From Camelus dromedarius (lineage: Eukaryota), in assembly GCF_036321535.1 (NCBI RefSeq), contig NC_087447.1, positions 49,292,001 through 49,356,000 of the forward strand: DNA of 64,000 bases, in the 5' to 3' direction. Position 1 is the first letter of the stretch. Each line of letters opens with the position of its first letter. The position numbers were made by a program, and so were the translations under genes. Under the pieces are notes generated by a model. That model was not told the origin of the DNA. It searched no databases and saw nothing but the letters and a program-made list of their open reading frames with translations. This document shows, piece by piece, positions 52,190 to 64,000 of the stretch.

Positions 52190-52625
52190 GTGATTTGCCT
52201 ATTTGGTCTCAGATCTAATCCCCTGTCATTCTCCTGCTCTGTATTGCAGGGTATTGACCATTGCAAACTACATTTCCCAAGATTCTTTGAAAATTGGCTT
52301 TTAATTAGAGCCTGCCAATAGGAGGGCGAGAAGAGAGGAGAAACCAGAGTACTTCTCCCACTCTCTCTGCTTTGGGCAGCATCCCAGCGACAGCTGTGTT
52401 TCTTCTGTGTTCTATTCTTCGTATACCATCTCCCTCAACATCCCTGCTGGGCTGCCCTGGTCCCCAGCTCGGTAACACCACCTCCTCTCTCTGTCCTTCC
52501 ACAGTACAGGGGGTAGGGGTTTCCCACTGTACCTGATCTCCGGGTTGTCCTACATCCCATTTCCCCTTTCAACCCTTGCAACATTTTTATATCCAGTTTC
52601 TTTGATTAGATTCCTGTACTGAAAT
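52190..52625. mobile_element. ERVL LTR remnant (LTR33/LTR16-like)
   Basis: GCAAACTACATTTCCCA...TGCCAATAGGAGG motif characteristic of these LTRs. Confidence 0.6.
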
Positions 52626-53318
52626 ACTGGCATAGGCTGCAAGGGAGCATCAGAGGAAACAGACCAACTTCTGGCCAGTTAGGAGGGCAATGCATTGATC
52701 TAAGTTGCACATTATCTTACAGGAATGTGAAAAATTGTTTTATCTATATAACCAATTTTCTAGGAAAGTCATCTTATAATCAGCAGCATCATCCTTTTGT
52801 TTTAATACAGTACCCTGTCATTTAGGATTCTGAATCTTCCTCACCTGTATCACCACTCCTCCCATGTGTTCTTTTAGAACAGGCAGTGGGTAAGTTGTGG
52901 AAAATGGAAGTGACTTCGGGGAGACCCAGCAGAGCAGGAGATGAGAACTGAATAAGAACCAGGGCTGGGACAAAGGCAGGACTCCAGCAGTAGTCAGTGC
53001 TGCCAAAGAGAAGGTGGGATGGCTTCACCCCAGGACCAAACCAGGGGTCATGGGATCCAGTGGTGTCTGAGTGGGATCACAGGTTTGGCAATTTCCCCAG
53101 GCCATATGGCTGGTAAATGGCAGTGAGGGGAGGAGAAAGCTTCCTGGCAGTCTCCAGAAGGGGGTACGGAAACCAGGTTGGAGTTGGGGCAACACCTGAC
53201 CCAGCCACAGGCCCCATCGCTGGTCCAGGGCAGCAGGCCCAGCATTTGCTGGTCTATGTCCTGCTGTGGGCTTATGAGATAGAAATAAAAGCACAGCCAA
53301 CGTTTCTCACAAAAGACC

Positions 53319-53324
53319 TTTAAT
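53319..53324 (-). terminator. Candidate distal ARRB1 poly(A) signal ATTAAA
   Basis: Minus strand reads ATTAAAGGTCTTTTGTGAGAAACGTTGGCTGTGCTTTTATTTCT: hexamer followed by GU- and U-rich elements. Confidence 0.55.
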
Positions 53325-56300
53325 GGTCTCCTATTTATGATCCCTTTGTTCATTTGTCCTGTTAGAGCTGAATAAACTGTAATAACTTATCTGACATAAT
53401 AAGGAATGCCATAGGTTCAACAGATAAACCTGGCAGGTGGTCCAGGAATAAGGGCATCACAAAAGAGTCACTCAACAAAAGGGCCACAGACCTGGAGGCC
53501 CATCCCAGTTGCTTGTCCCTCCCCACACCCAGGATCCACACACAGTTCCAGGCTCAATCAGGCTCCCACTGGGAAGGAAGAGGCAGCCCCCACCAACCCT
53601 CAGCATCTGTGCTAGACCCTAACACTGAGCAGTGGTGCCCCGGGAAGATGGTGTATCCTACGCTCATCCCTCCAAGTGCTCTGCTGATCTGCAGGGCAGA
53701 CTGTGACCACATCCCGAGTTTGTGACCCCTCCTTCATACCCACTTATCTAGACACTTGTAGTAATCCCTCTGAGGTGGGCAGAGCCTGGTACTATCATCT
53801 TACACAAGGGAAAACTGAGGTCAGGTTCCCAGAGGCACACTCACACTGAACGGACAACACCAGTTGGCACTTCTTCTCCCATGCCACATGGCTTGCTGTA
53901 CCCTGAGTCTCACATTTTCACCTGAAATGCCCAGAGTCGGGGACAGGCAAGATTCTATGCCAAGGGCTGGGTCCCCAAAGTGCCCACCTCTTCATCAACC
54001 CTGGTGAGGGACTTGGGCAGAGGGGCAGGCCAGCAGGGAGAGAATTGGGGGGCTATGGGTGGGGAACCAGCCTCTCTTCAGGCACCCTCCTGTTGCCACA
54101 CACTCAGTTGACCATAAATATGGGAACGGAGTCTTATTAGAATTGCTCAAGGGAAATTTGCTTCTTAAAAGGTCTCTGTAATCTTGCCTTCATAGGAGGG
54201 ACTTGTGTCATAAAGTCCTCCCTCAGCATTTCTTTTATGAAACCAAGACTTCCATCCACCTGGCTGTACTAAAGAGGAAACTGACTCTAGTTTATCCTCC
54301 CATTACATTGCTCCTCTGTCATCTCATTGGCCTGGGCCAGGGAAGAGGGATGTCACACTGGGGCACAGATGCAAGTCCTGAGAGGGGGTTGGGCCTCTTT
54401 GCTTCCTCCACCATCCCCCACGTTGCATGGGCCAATATCAGGGCCAAGACCCATCCTCACAGCACCAGGCCCCTGCCCAAATCAAACCGAAGCCAGAGCT
54501 TCAGGGGGAGTGGGGACTACAAAGCCATCAAATGTGTACATGTGTGTGTGAATAAGCAAATGCGTGGGACTGGGTCTGTGACCCAAGTTCCAATACAAAG
54601 ATACTTCGCATTGGAATGCTAGAGCCATTCCAACATGAAAAGCCAGAATAGAACCTGTGCTTGCTGGTCTAAGATCAAACCTCAGAATAGTGGTTTGAAG
54701 AAGTTTTTCTTCAGAAGAAAGTTTGAAAGTGAAACCTCAACAGGCAAGACAGATAAAAGCGGCATTGTCCTGGTGGAAGTAGGAATGGGGGGAGGGCTGG
54801 AGACCTATCCTTTGCCTCCACCCTCATCTTCCCACCTTAGCAGCCCCTGACAAAGCTCTGTGGAACACCAGGGGTTCCACAGCACCTGATTTGAAAACCA
54901 GTGTGTCAGAGTCTATAGATCATGGGTCCTGGGGACCTGTGCTTGACTTCCCTTTTGGGGTGAAGACTTGGGAGTGAGTGACGGGGGACGATGTTCCCCT
55001 CCGTGGGCCTCTCTTTGAAGCCGCTGTGCATTGAGCTTACAGGGGAGTGGCAGAGGTGGGGATCCAGCCCCACAGGTAGGCCATTTCAGTCCTGGAGAGA
55101 GGACAAAAGTGATGGAGCTGCCTGGGCCAGGATAGCAAAGTCCTAGGCCCAATGCAGGCTTATGCACGAGGGTTGGGGGAGTCTGTTTTGGTCCTTGTTG
55201 ACTTAAAAAGAAAAACATCAGAACAGATATGGGCTTACATCCATGAGATCCTATAAGAGTTTAAGGTTGGGGCCTAATGCCTCCCTCCGAGATGGATGGA
55301 GAATGCCCAGCCCCAGTCGCTGGCAGGAGGGAAGCTGCCTTTGTGGGCTGCTGAAACCACTGGGGATGGGTCAGCAGGGGCTCAGCTCTCAGAGTTAAGA
55401 GGCCTGGGTTTCCCCTAGACCCAAATCTCTCCCAAGCATCACTAAGAAGTGACAATTGGCAGCTCTGGTTGATCCTAGAGGGGCCTTGTAACCTGAAGGG
55501 AAGGGGCAGGCAGTTTCTGATCCACCTCATGCTTGGGGTTCTCTCATGGGGTAGAGGGGGTTTCAGCCTCTCCTGGGCCTGGGGGCTGGAGGCTCTTCCT
55601 AACCTGGGATCAGAGCCAAGGCATCCAAGATGCACCCCCACCTCCCAATCACTGACACTCTCCATGTCTTGTCTGTCTTGGCTGCTGGGACCACTGCCTG
55701 TGGGCATGGCATTCCTGAAGAGAATCTGAATTTCCCTCTCAGCTGGGTCACTGAAGCCAAACTGGTCGCATCTCGTTCTGGTTGACCTCAGCATAAGGGA
55801 GAGGGGGCAAGAGATGAAGACAGGTGGGAGGAGGCCTCAGCCCACAGCAAACTTCCTGTGTGACCCTAGGCTACTCCTGCATGATGGCAGGAAACTTACA
55901 GAGCTGACTTTCGTCACCACTGATTTTCATCTCCACTGACTTTCATCTCCTTTGGGCCTCACAGATTCCTTGAGTCAGGCAGGGAAGGGATTACTGTCCC
56001 ATTTTCCAGTTAGGGAAACCAAGATCAAGAGGTTGAATGAGTCGCTCAAGGCTACTCAGCTAGGTAGTGACAACCGGAACAGAGAAGCATTGTGGACTTC
56101 CAGGCCAGCGTGCTTTTTACTGCACCATGTGGGAACCAGCTTGTCAGCAACTCCCCCAACTGAATCAACACCCCAAGCAAGCCCACTCTCACTGGTCCAG
56201 GCTCTGAGGCTGAGGAGGTCTGTGGAGTCCAGCCAAAGAACTCAGTCCTTCTCTCCACAGGGACTGAACTCTTCTCATGGTTGGAAGGCTTAGGAAGTCC

Positions 56301-58000
56301 CGCTGGCCTTCTGCCTGCATACTTTCACCCCAGGCCATGCTCTTCCCTCCTGCCCAGACTACTATCTACATGTCACCCACCTGGCCTACTGGAAAGTCCC
56401 AGTGTGGAGCTGCATGGCCAGCCCAAGCCCCAGATGTGTGGACAGAGAAAGCCAGTACTGTGGGCTGGTGCCAGGGGACCAGTTTGGCTCCCTGACTCCC
56501 AATTTCACTCCACGGGCTCACCTGCACAGGCTGACTCCAGATGGAGAGAGGCCCTGCAGAGAAGGACTCAGTTGTGCATGGGTGGCTCCGGGCAGCAGGA
56601 TCTGGAGCTAACCAGAAGCTTGGAAACATGATCTGGGCCTTTCTCTCAGGAAGAAGCTTTAGTGTCCCACTGGGCTACAGCGCATGGATGTGCAGGAGGG
56701 TGCCCAGCCCAGGGGCAAGTGGGGCTAAACTCCAGCCAATGACCACTCAAGAAGCTGTGCATTTCAACATGGGTTCAATCCACATGGAAGGGGCACCATT
56801 TCTAATTCAGATCAAGGCACTATACAGACTAGCAGCAACCATGGAGCCCTGAATGCAATGCCTTCCCCGTTACTTCCCCCTGTAACTTTCCCTTGATCAT
56901 AAGCTTTCCAAGGACAGGTGCTGGGACCAACCCAACTCTGTCTCCAGTGCTCAGCACAGAGTGGAGAAGTTGTCAGGCAAGGATGGTTAAGCCAAATTCA
57001 AATGATCTTGACTACTGCCCTTCTGTAGTTCTGGGTCCAAAGAGTAAATAAAAGATTAAATGGGTCCGCGATGCTTCTTACAGCTGGAGAAACTTCAGTT
57101 CAGCACTAGGATAAACCCAAAAGGGTGAGTGTGATATTCAAGTGGAAAGAGGTCAAGAAACCAGCCTGACAAAGCTTTTGTGTGACCAGGTTAGAAGAGG
57201 TCATTTTGTAGGTGAGTGATCACTCCAAATCCTAAATGGTCATGTACCAGCCCTAAAGGTTCCAGAAGACGACCCTGGAGAGCGTATGCTTACCATGCGT
57301 TGTTCCAAAACTTCATCAACTCTACAGCCGCCCAAATGAGGTGCAAACTGCCCAGCAAGCTCTGGAAGGGGGCTGTACGCAGCTGGGACCGCCGAACTGG
57401 CCAGAGAAGTTTGTCTGCCCCGAGCTGACGTGGTTCTGACCTGGGGTAGGGGTCCCGAGGGTTGCGTCATCATGAGATCCAAAAGGGAAGGGCTAGGGTG
57501 CAGGGCCAGGCGTGTGAACTGGGTAATTTCACGGTGGAAAGTGGTTATAAAGTCCACCTCAGGAGAGGCTGGACTGTGAAGTGCTGAAATCCAGCCTGTA
57601 TAATAAAATTTTGTTGTCTCCCTTTTCACAAATATGGGACAAGGATAGAAGGGAACAAGAGATCCCTTTGCCCTGCTAATCAATATATTTGCTTGGGTAT
57701 AAGGCCAACTTCAGGACATCCAAAGCGAGTGTGAAGGTCCTAGCACAGCCCCTCCCCCAAGCCTCGGCAAATACAAGCTCTGGCCTTCGGTGGTGCTGGG
57801 GCCCTGGGGCCAGGTGGTGCGTGCTGGCTTGACATCAGGCAACACCCACAGGGACCCAAGAAGGACCCTTCTCAGGGCTGAAGCTGTACAGGTGGTGGTG
57901 CTAACAGCTCTCCAAGGCACTCCCTGGGGCCCAGTGAATCCTCGACGGTGGCAGACAGACCGGAGTCAGTGGCTCTGGCTCTGCCCACCAGAACAGAAGC

Positions 58001-58006
58001 TTTAAT
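58001..58006 (-). terminator. Candidate proximal ARRB1 poly(A) signal ATTAAA
   Basis: Minus strand reads ATTAAAGCTTCTGTTCTGGTGG, about 1.4 kb after the stop. Confidence 0.35.
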
Positions 58007-59396
58007 GTTCACAAATTCTTGGAGGCAGAGCTGGGAGAGTCCTTTGTGATCATCTAGTCAAACCCCTTGGCTTTCTTGCTAAAGAACTGAGACCCAGAGA
58101 GGAAAAGAAACTTGCCCAAGATCACACAGTAAGTGGGCATCAAAGGCCAGACAAGAACAGATACCTTTTAACACTTCCTGCCTCATCATCTGCCTGCTCC
58201 ATTGCCTTGGAAATGCCCCACATCCCCATCACACCAACACCAGCCAGTGGGTACTGGATACCCATGACACTGGTAACTACTTGGGGGGGTGGGTCATCAA
58301 CTCCCCAGGGACACAAAGGAGTCCCCCTTCCTTTTAGGTGAGGACATGTCGATGGACCTGCCACCTTCTGGGGAAGGATTCCCTTTGCCAGTGGGCACAG
58401 TGGCCTCAGGTGCTCTCTCCTAGCCTGCAGGGCCAGCCCAGCCTAGCCCTGGAGAACCGCAAGGGCAGGAGGACACCGGTGGCCCCAGCCCCTCTGGCCC
58501 TCCACTCTTGCTCCTGCAGGATTCCTGATCCCTCATAAGTCTACAAAGGAAGGGAGTGGGCAGACTCTCATCTTCCCACCCGGCCCCCATCTCCCAGGCA
58601 ACCTCTTCAGGAGCTTGGTGCTTTCTAAAGAACTGTCCCTTCTCTCTCTCTCTGCATGTCTGTGGACAGGACACACACATAAGATGAAAGACAGCTGGGC
58701 TATCACATCCTGATGATACTGAAGTAGAACTTGGGCTAATTCACACAATTTGCCTTAGACTAGGTAACTGCTGGTAAGAAAGTCCAATTGCTTTTCTCCA
58801 CACCTGGGGTCTACAAACCTTCACCAATGTCACTGTCAGTCACAGAGGAACATGGGGTGGAGACAGGGGAGGAAGGGGAGAGGTGTTTGGTGGGTTCAAA
58901 CTGCAAAAACAACTACATGGAGAATCTATCCACAGGTCTGCCCCTCCCAGCCAGAGGAGGGTGGCCTTCAATGCAGTCACGTTTTAGCTGCCAGAACTGT
59001 GTTAATCATCTGCGACAGTAGACATCCTCTCATGTGTCTTGAGCCCCCATCCCCACCCATCCAAGCCCTCATGCCCCATTCTCCTGTTTCTACTCCCCAT
59101 CCAAAGTCAAACTCAGAGCCGTGGTGGCTTTCCTGGGGGTCAACAGGAAAAGAGAGGGGGATGGAGAGGTGACTGCAGTGAGGGGGTGAAGGTGGTGCAT
59201 GTGGCCCTGCTGGCATGGTGATGTGGGCCAATCCTGAGGCCAGAGGTTCACCACCATGACCTGGAAGACCACTGGGCCCCCTGGAAGAAACTGGAAGAAC
59301 AAAGGGGAGGGGGAACCAGGACAGGAAGTAGACAAACAAGCATCCTAGTGCGTGAGAGTGGACCTGGAGCCGCCCAGAGGGAGAGCCAGCCCCAGT

Positions 59397-59508
59397 CTAT
59401 CTGTCGTTGAGCTGTGGAGAGCCGGTACCATCCTCCTCTTCCTCCTTGTCGTCCTTCACACCCTTCAGTCTCTGGCGGGCAAAGTCCTCAAACACAATGT
59501 CGTCATCG
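59397..59508 (-). CDS. ARRB1: ARRB1 last coding exon ([16 protein letters not shown]...[10 protein letters not shown]), with the AP-2-binding/autoinhibitory tail and ERK-type SP site
   Basis: Acceptor ctttcccaccag|, stop TAG at 59399-59397. Confidence 0.96.
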
Positions 59509-60868
59509 CTGGTGGGAAAGACAAGGAAAATGGGTGTGTGTGCAGGGCAGGGAGAGGAGGCTTAACCAGAGGGGTCAGAGGGCCAGCCCAGCCAGGTGGG
59601 GCTCAGAGGCTGGACTCTGGGGCTGGCCTCAGGCAGAAAGGCTTGTTAAGCTGGCACATCTGGATAGCCATCTGTGGCAGTGGGACTGGCCAGTTGTGGC
59701 AATACCAGAGGGAGGCATGAGTTTGCCGTTCATGGAAAATGACCCAGTTCTTGAGGAGCTGGGGTTGGGAGACATATTAAATGAGGGGTGGGTGGTGTGG
59801 CTGGGCTAGGGCCAGAGGAGGACCTTATTCTCACTGTGAGAGACCAGGCCACCAGTAGTTTCACAGCATATTCTGAATCTCCCAAGAACAAGCCCAAGAA
59901 AACCCACTCACCCACCCAAAGAACTGCCCTCAGGAAACAATCCTGTTTTCTGCACAGGAAGAGTGGGCTTGGCTTGAAAGAGAAAACCACGAAGGCCCTT
60001 TCTGCAGGGAAGTGTCAGCTCACATTCTATGGTGAGGGAACTCGGATAAGTCAGGGTCTGCTTCAGGGGGAGAGGGGACGGAGTCGGGGGGAGATTGGGG
60101 TGAGGGGCAAATCTAAATAGCAGGGCAGAGAAAAGGTGGGTGGGTAAAGAGGGTGCCTGAGTGGGACTTCAGGGCAAAGAGCTGCTTCTAAGAACAGTGA
60201 GTTCTCTTCTACCATAAAACACGTCCACATAGGCCCACCCAAGGCCCCAGCCCCACAGAATTCAGTCAGCTGCATGGGGTGTCCTCGTAGCTGACTTAAG
60301 ACCCCCTATCCCAAATATCTCCTGGTGGACAAAGGAAGGGCAGATTTGGAACTGGAGTAAGAAAGCTGCTTGGCCCTGGAGATGCTTTGTGATGTCCACC
60401 CAGGTCCTCCTGCTCTGGCCACTGTCCAGTGATGCACTGGAAATCCACATTGGTCCTCAGGAGTCAGAAGCAACAAGATTCCCCAGAGTCTTCCCCACCC
60501 CACAGCCTGATTCCACTGGCTGGGCGCGGGCGAGGCAGGATAGCCCCAGCCCAGGGCCACAAACCAGCCCTGTGACAGCCGAGCCGGTGCTGTGGATGGA
60601 CGAACAGACTGACGGACTGACGGACGTGCAGGGACGAGGGAGGAAGACAGACCCCACCAAGGCAGGAGGAAGAGGAACAGGCACCGAGGGTCCTTCAAGT
60701 CACATGCAGGCAAGCGGGTTGCTGAAGAGGTGAGTAGAGGCAGCTCTCAGCAAACAGAGTTAGACCAGCTGCTCTTCAGGGGTTAATAAGCATAAATGCA
60801 AATAACCTGGTAGCCCTGCCCACCACCCAAGATCTGCCCCCCAGACATCTGCTCAAGGTTTGGCTTAC

Positions 60869-60920
60869 TTGGTGTCAAGTTCTATGAGATTGGTATCTAC
60901 CGGCGCCTCGTTCTCTGTAA
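60869..60920 (-). CDS. ARRB1: ARRB1 penultimate coding exon (VTENEAPVDTNLIELDT), containing the clathrin box LIELD
   Basis: Acceptor ctgtgttcag|, donor AA|gtaagc; 52 nt. Confidence 0.96.
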
Positions 60921-61739
60921 CTGAACACAGGGCAAGTGAGCGCCTATGGGTTAGTGGTGAGGAGGCTTGGGAGCAAGTGGGCACGGGTCCCCACCCCAGG
61001 ACAACTAAGCTAAGATGGGGAGGGAAAAGGAAGAAGGGGAGTGGAGAAAGGATGGGCTGGTCCCTTGTCTCAGAAATACTCCAAATCATTTTAAATGCAG
61101 GAAGGAGGGTCCAGGGAGTGCTGAGGAGGCCCACAGCATCCCCAGGGTAACAGAAAAATCTCTGGACCCTGCTCCTTTTGGCATTTCTCCAACACGACTT
61201 AGATTCATTTGTTGCATGCATGACAGCCACTAACTCTAACACAGCCATTTAATCACATTGTCACATCTCCGAACTTGGGGTATGTTTTATGATCAATGGC
61301 ATTTCATAGTTTAATTGGAACATTTTTCTTCCTTTGTGCTACATACTATAATGTCTCTTTTGACTGAAACAGTCTTAGGTTTAATGAAAGACGACCAATC
61401 TGGTATCACCTGGAAAAATTATGGGGATGGTGTGTCCAGGGACCATCTTATCCATGCAGCCCCTCTGCTACACCTGGATGCAAGCCAGGGCTCCAAGCAT
61501 GGTCAGTACCCCTCCCAATACCACCCCCAGTCCATGGAAAACAGAGCCAGACCTCTCTGTCTCCTAGGGAATCAGATGCAAAGAGGAGTGTGGGCCTCAA
61601 AAAGCATCCTGTGAGCTGGGGAAGAGGGCTGACCCTGGGCTGAAGGCCAACCCAGAGGGAGGTGGGGTGATGGCAGCTGGTGGACAAGGGGGTCAGCTGT
61701 CTGGAAACCCCATCCCAGTGACCCACAGACCTTACTCAC

Positions 61740-61810
61740 CTTCTCGATGTGGGGGTTCCTCTTTGGGCTTGGGGTGCATTAGGGTGAAGGGCAGTTCCAC
61801 GGCCACATCA
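61740..61810 (-). CDS. ARRB1: ARRB1 coding exon ([23 protein letters not shown])
   Basis: Minus-strand acceptor tctgtttcag|, donor G|gtgagt; 71 nt. Confidence 0.96.
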
Positions 61811-64000
61811 CTGAAACAGAGACCCAGTCCCAGTGAGCCTCAAACCCAATCCCAGGCTGTAAGACTCAATGTCTTCTCAGTTTGAGGACTAGGAAGGATT
61901 TCACGGTTAGAGGAGGTAGCTCTGGGGCAAGGGGCAGGAAGAAATCTGGCCTCAAGGCCCAGTTCCATCACTCTCTGAGCATCAGTCTCTCTAGGAGTTG
62001 AACTGGGAGAACTTTTCTCCTGGATCCAAAAAGACATGGAAGCTTCCCTTTTCCTGAGAAGGATCCCTAGATTCCCACAAACCTGGAGAGGTCATAGAAG
62101 TGGGAAAAGGATCGCCCAGGGCAGTGTGCATCTTGGTCACTGGGTGGCTCTAGAGGTGCCCTGGGACTCTGCTAGCCTCAAATGGCCACAGTCAACCCAG
62201 CTTTCCCTGACACTGCTCTTCCCAACTTCCAGGCTGGAACTCCTCCCACCCTCATTCTGTCCTATCTCCCAACATCTCCAGCAGGCTCCTGCAAAAGTGC
62301 TTGGGTGGCCCTAGCCCCCCGCAATCTGGATGATGCACTGCTGAGGTCAGTTTAATCAAATTCAAGCTGGATGGGACCCAGGTCTCAGCACTGTCTACAT
62401 TGTGTACAGAGCCTTGAAGCCGTGTGGGGGTGGAAGGTTGGGAGAGATGCTGCTACTGGTTAGTGCTTCTGAGCAGGCCTTCTCTCCTCTTATCCCTGAT
62501 TGACAGAATAATAACAAGAGCAGACACTTAACATGGTGCTGACGCTCTGCCAAGGAGTATTCTAGAGTAGCTCACTAAATCTTCACAACAACGCTATTAT
62601 TATACCCAAAGTACAGATTGGGAAATTGAGACCAAGGAGAAAACCATCTTGTCCAAGGCCACACAGCTATTAAAGGGAAGTAACAGATTGAGGATTCTGA
62701 CTCCATAATTCACACCCTTGACCACTGTGTGGTAACAGATCAGAATTGAGAAGGTGATTCCACTCATCCTTGGCTCTTCGCTCTGCTCAGGGTGATGTCA
62801 CCCTACAAGGCCCTGCCAACTGTTGAGTGCCTGCAGGCACTGCCTCATCTTACTGACCTTGCTGTCCAGAGCCCAGCTGAAGGAGGACGGGACATGGGAA
62901 ACAGGCAGTGCAACCAGAAAGGGCAGTTTCACCAGCCCCACCACTCACTGAAGGGCACTTTCCATCTTCAAGTCTCACTGAGCTCATCCAGAAAGCAGGG
63001 ATAACTATGCCTACTCTCTAGAACCACTTCCAGGAGATGATGTAGGTAGCAGGCTTGGTAAAACTGACACTCGTGCCTGCCAGAATCATTACCTCCCCTC
63101 AATAGGAACATGGGCGTTTCATAAGGGTATTGAAACAATTTGGCTGTGGGTTTTTGTTTTTGTTTTTGTTTTTTGGCTTCCAAAAGGAGATTGCTTCTCC
63201 AGATTCACTTGTAAGAATGAGCTGTCAGAATGGAAGCTGTGGAAGATTGAGATTGCCAATCTTTACTAAAGCCATCCAGGATACAGATGGAACAATCTGG
63301 ACCTTAACCTTCCACCAGGCTATGAGCAATCAAGGGCAGGGGTGTGTGTCTGATTCCTCTCTGAGACCTTGGTCCCAGCACAAGGCTGAGCTCAAGTCTG
63401 GGTTCAGGAACTCTTTACTGAATTATATTGAATCAAACCGAATTGAATTAATTTCATCTCTCCAAACGGACTAAGATTTCTTGGGATGAGTAACGTTGGC
63501 TGGCATCTTGTGACAGGAAGCAAAACCAATGGGTTTGGGGCACATAGATTTTTGGAATATATATGGATCCAGCTGGCTCCAAGGAATTCTTGTCTACAAA
63601 AGCGAATCTCTTCAGGACTTCTTAGCAACACCCAGCCAGCAGTTAGTTCTCATTAGTGTAGAAGTTTGAAAGCCACAAAGCCCACATTTCTCCAAAACAT
63701 CCTGTAAAACAGACTGATTTGGGGGGGGGCACTCCCAGATCAGTGAAGCCAGCTCTGCTGTCTGCATCCCATCCAAAGCCAGCTCACTTGGATGGGATGG
63801 AAGAGCAGAGTGAGGTTTTAAAGGACAAACTGCATCTCCCCAGTTCCTCTGGAGAGGGTTCTAGACTCCATACATGCCTGAGCCTGGCAATCAAAAGTGA
63901 CTTCTTAGAGTCCTTCCAACCTGCTGCCCGCCGTTCTGGATAGTCAGGCCAATGGTCTGGGCCCTTCAGAAAGTGGGTTGTTCGGGTTGAAGGGAGGGAC

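Larger units (their letters stand above)
53300..59396 (-). other. ARRB1: Probable long ARRB1 3'UTR (~6 kb)
   Basis: Comparatively repeat-poor stretch after the stop codon, ending at a minus-strand ATTAAA with a GU/U-rich downstream element. The extent is inferred. Confidence 0.55.
59397..61810 (-). other. ARRB1: ARRB1 (beta-arrestin-1) gene, 3' coding part: complement(join(59397..59508,60869..60920,61740..61810)); upstream exons lie beyond the window end
   Basis: Spliced translation [77 protein letters not shown] is the beta-arrestin-1 C-terminus. Confidence 0.97.

Noticed and set aside
55918..55949. 16-bp tandem duplication (cactgattttcatctc / cactgactttcatctc)
   Set aside because: Ordinary slippage duplication with no sign of function.
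57099..57120. RE1-like TTCAGCACTAGGATAA in the ARRB1 3'UTR
   Set aside because: Spacer is one base short and the right half-site is mismatched.
61811..64000. ARRB1 24-nt alternative exon (LLGDLASS)
   Set aside because: No matching sequence found in this stretch; it probably lies just beyond the window.
1..64000. CRISPR arrays, operons, prophage or other prokaryotic systems; intact retroviral or LINE ORFs; rRNA, snoRNA or miRNA genes
   Set aside because: This is intron-containing mammalian DNA, and I recognised no repeat-spacer array, RT/integrase ORF or structured RNA gene.

Overview
Mammalian genomic DNA, probably camelid, judged from a Vic-1-like tRNA-derived SINE and the absence of Alu, BovA/B, PRE or SINEC elements. 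The window covers the conserved SLCO2B1 - TPBGL - ARRB1 gene order. It holds the last six coding exons of SLCO2B1/OATP2B1 (+, 2091-12526), the intact single-exon TPBGL CDS in a CpG island (+, 43192-44361, 389 aa), and the last three coding exons plus a probable ~6 kb 3'UTR of ARRB1/beta-arrestin-1 (-, 61810 down to ~53300). The rest is mostly old repeats (MIR, L2, L3/CR1, MaLR/ERVL LTRs, hAT transposons) and simple repeats. Nearly all short ORFs in the supplied track are noise. I see no wholly new gene system. The best leads are: (i) two near-consensus RE1/NRSE (REST) sites upstream of TPBGL, flanked by two CTCF-type motifs; (ii) an ARRB1 last-intron layout that could give a p44-like, C-tail-less and possibly constitutively active beta-arrestin-1; (iii) upstream and overlapping ORFs at TPBGL. 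Gene and repeat names come from recognition, not database searches, and repeat boundaries are approximate.
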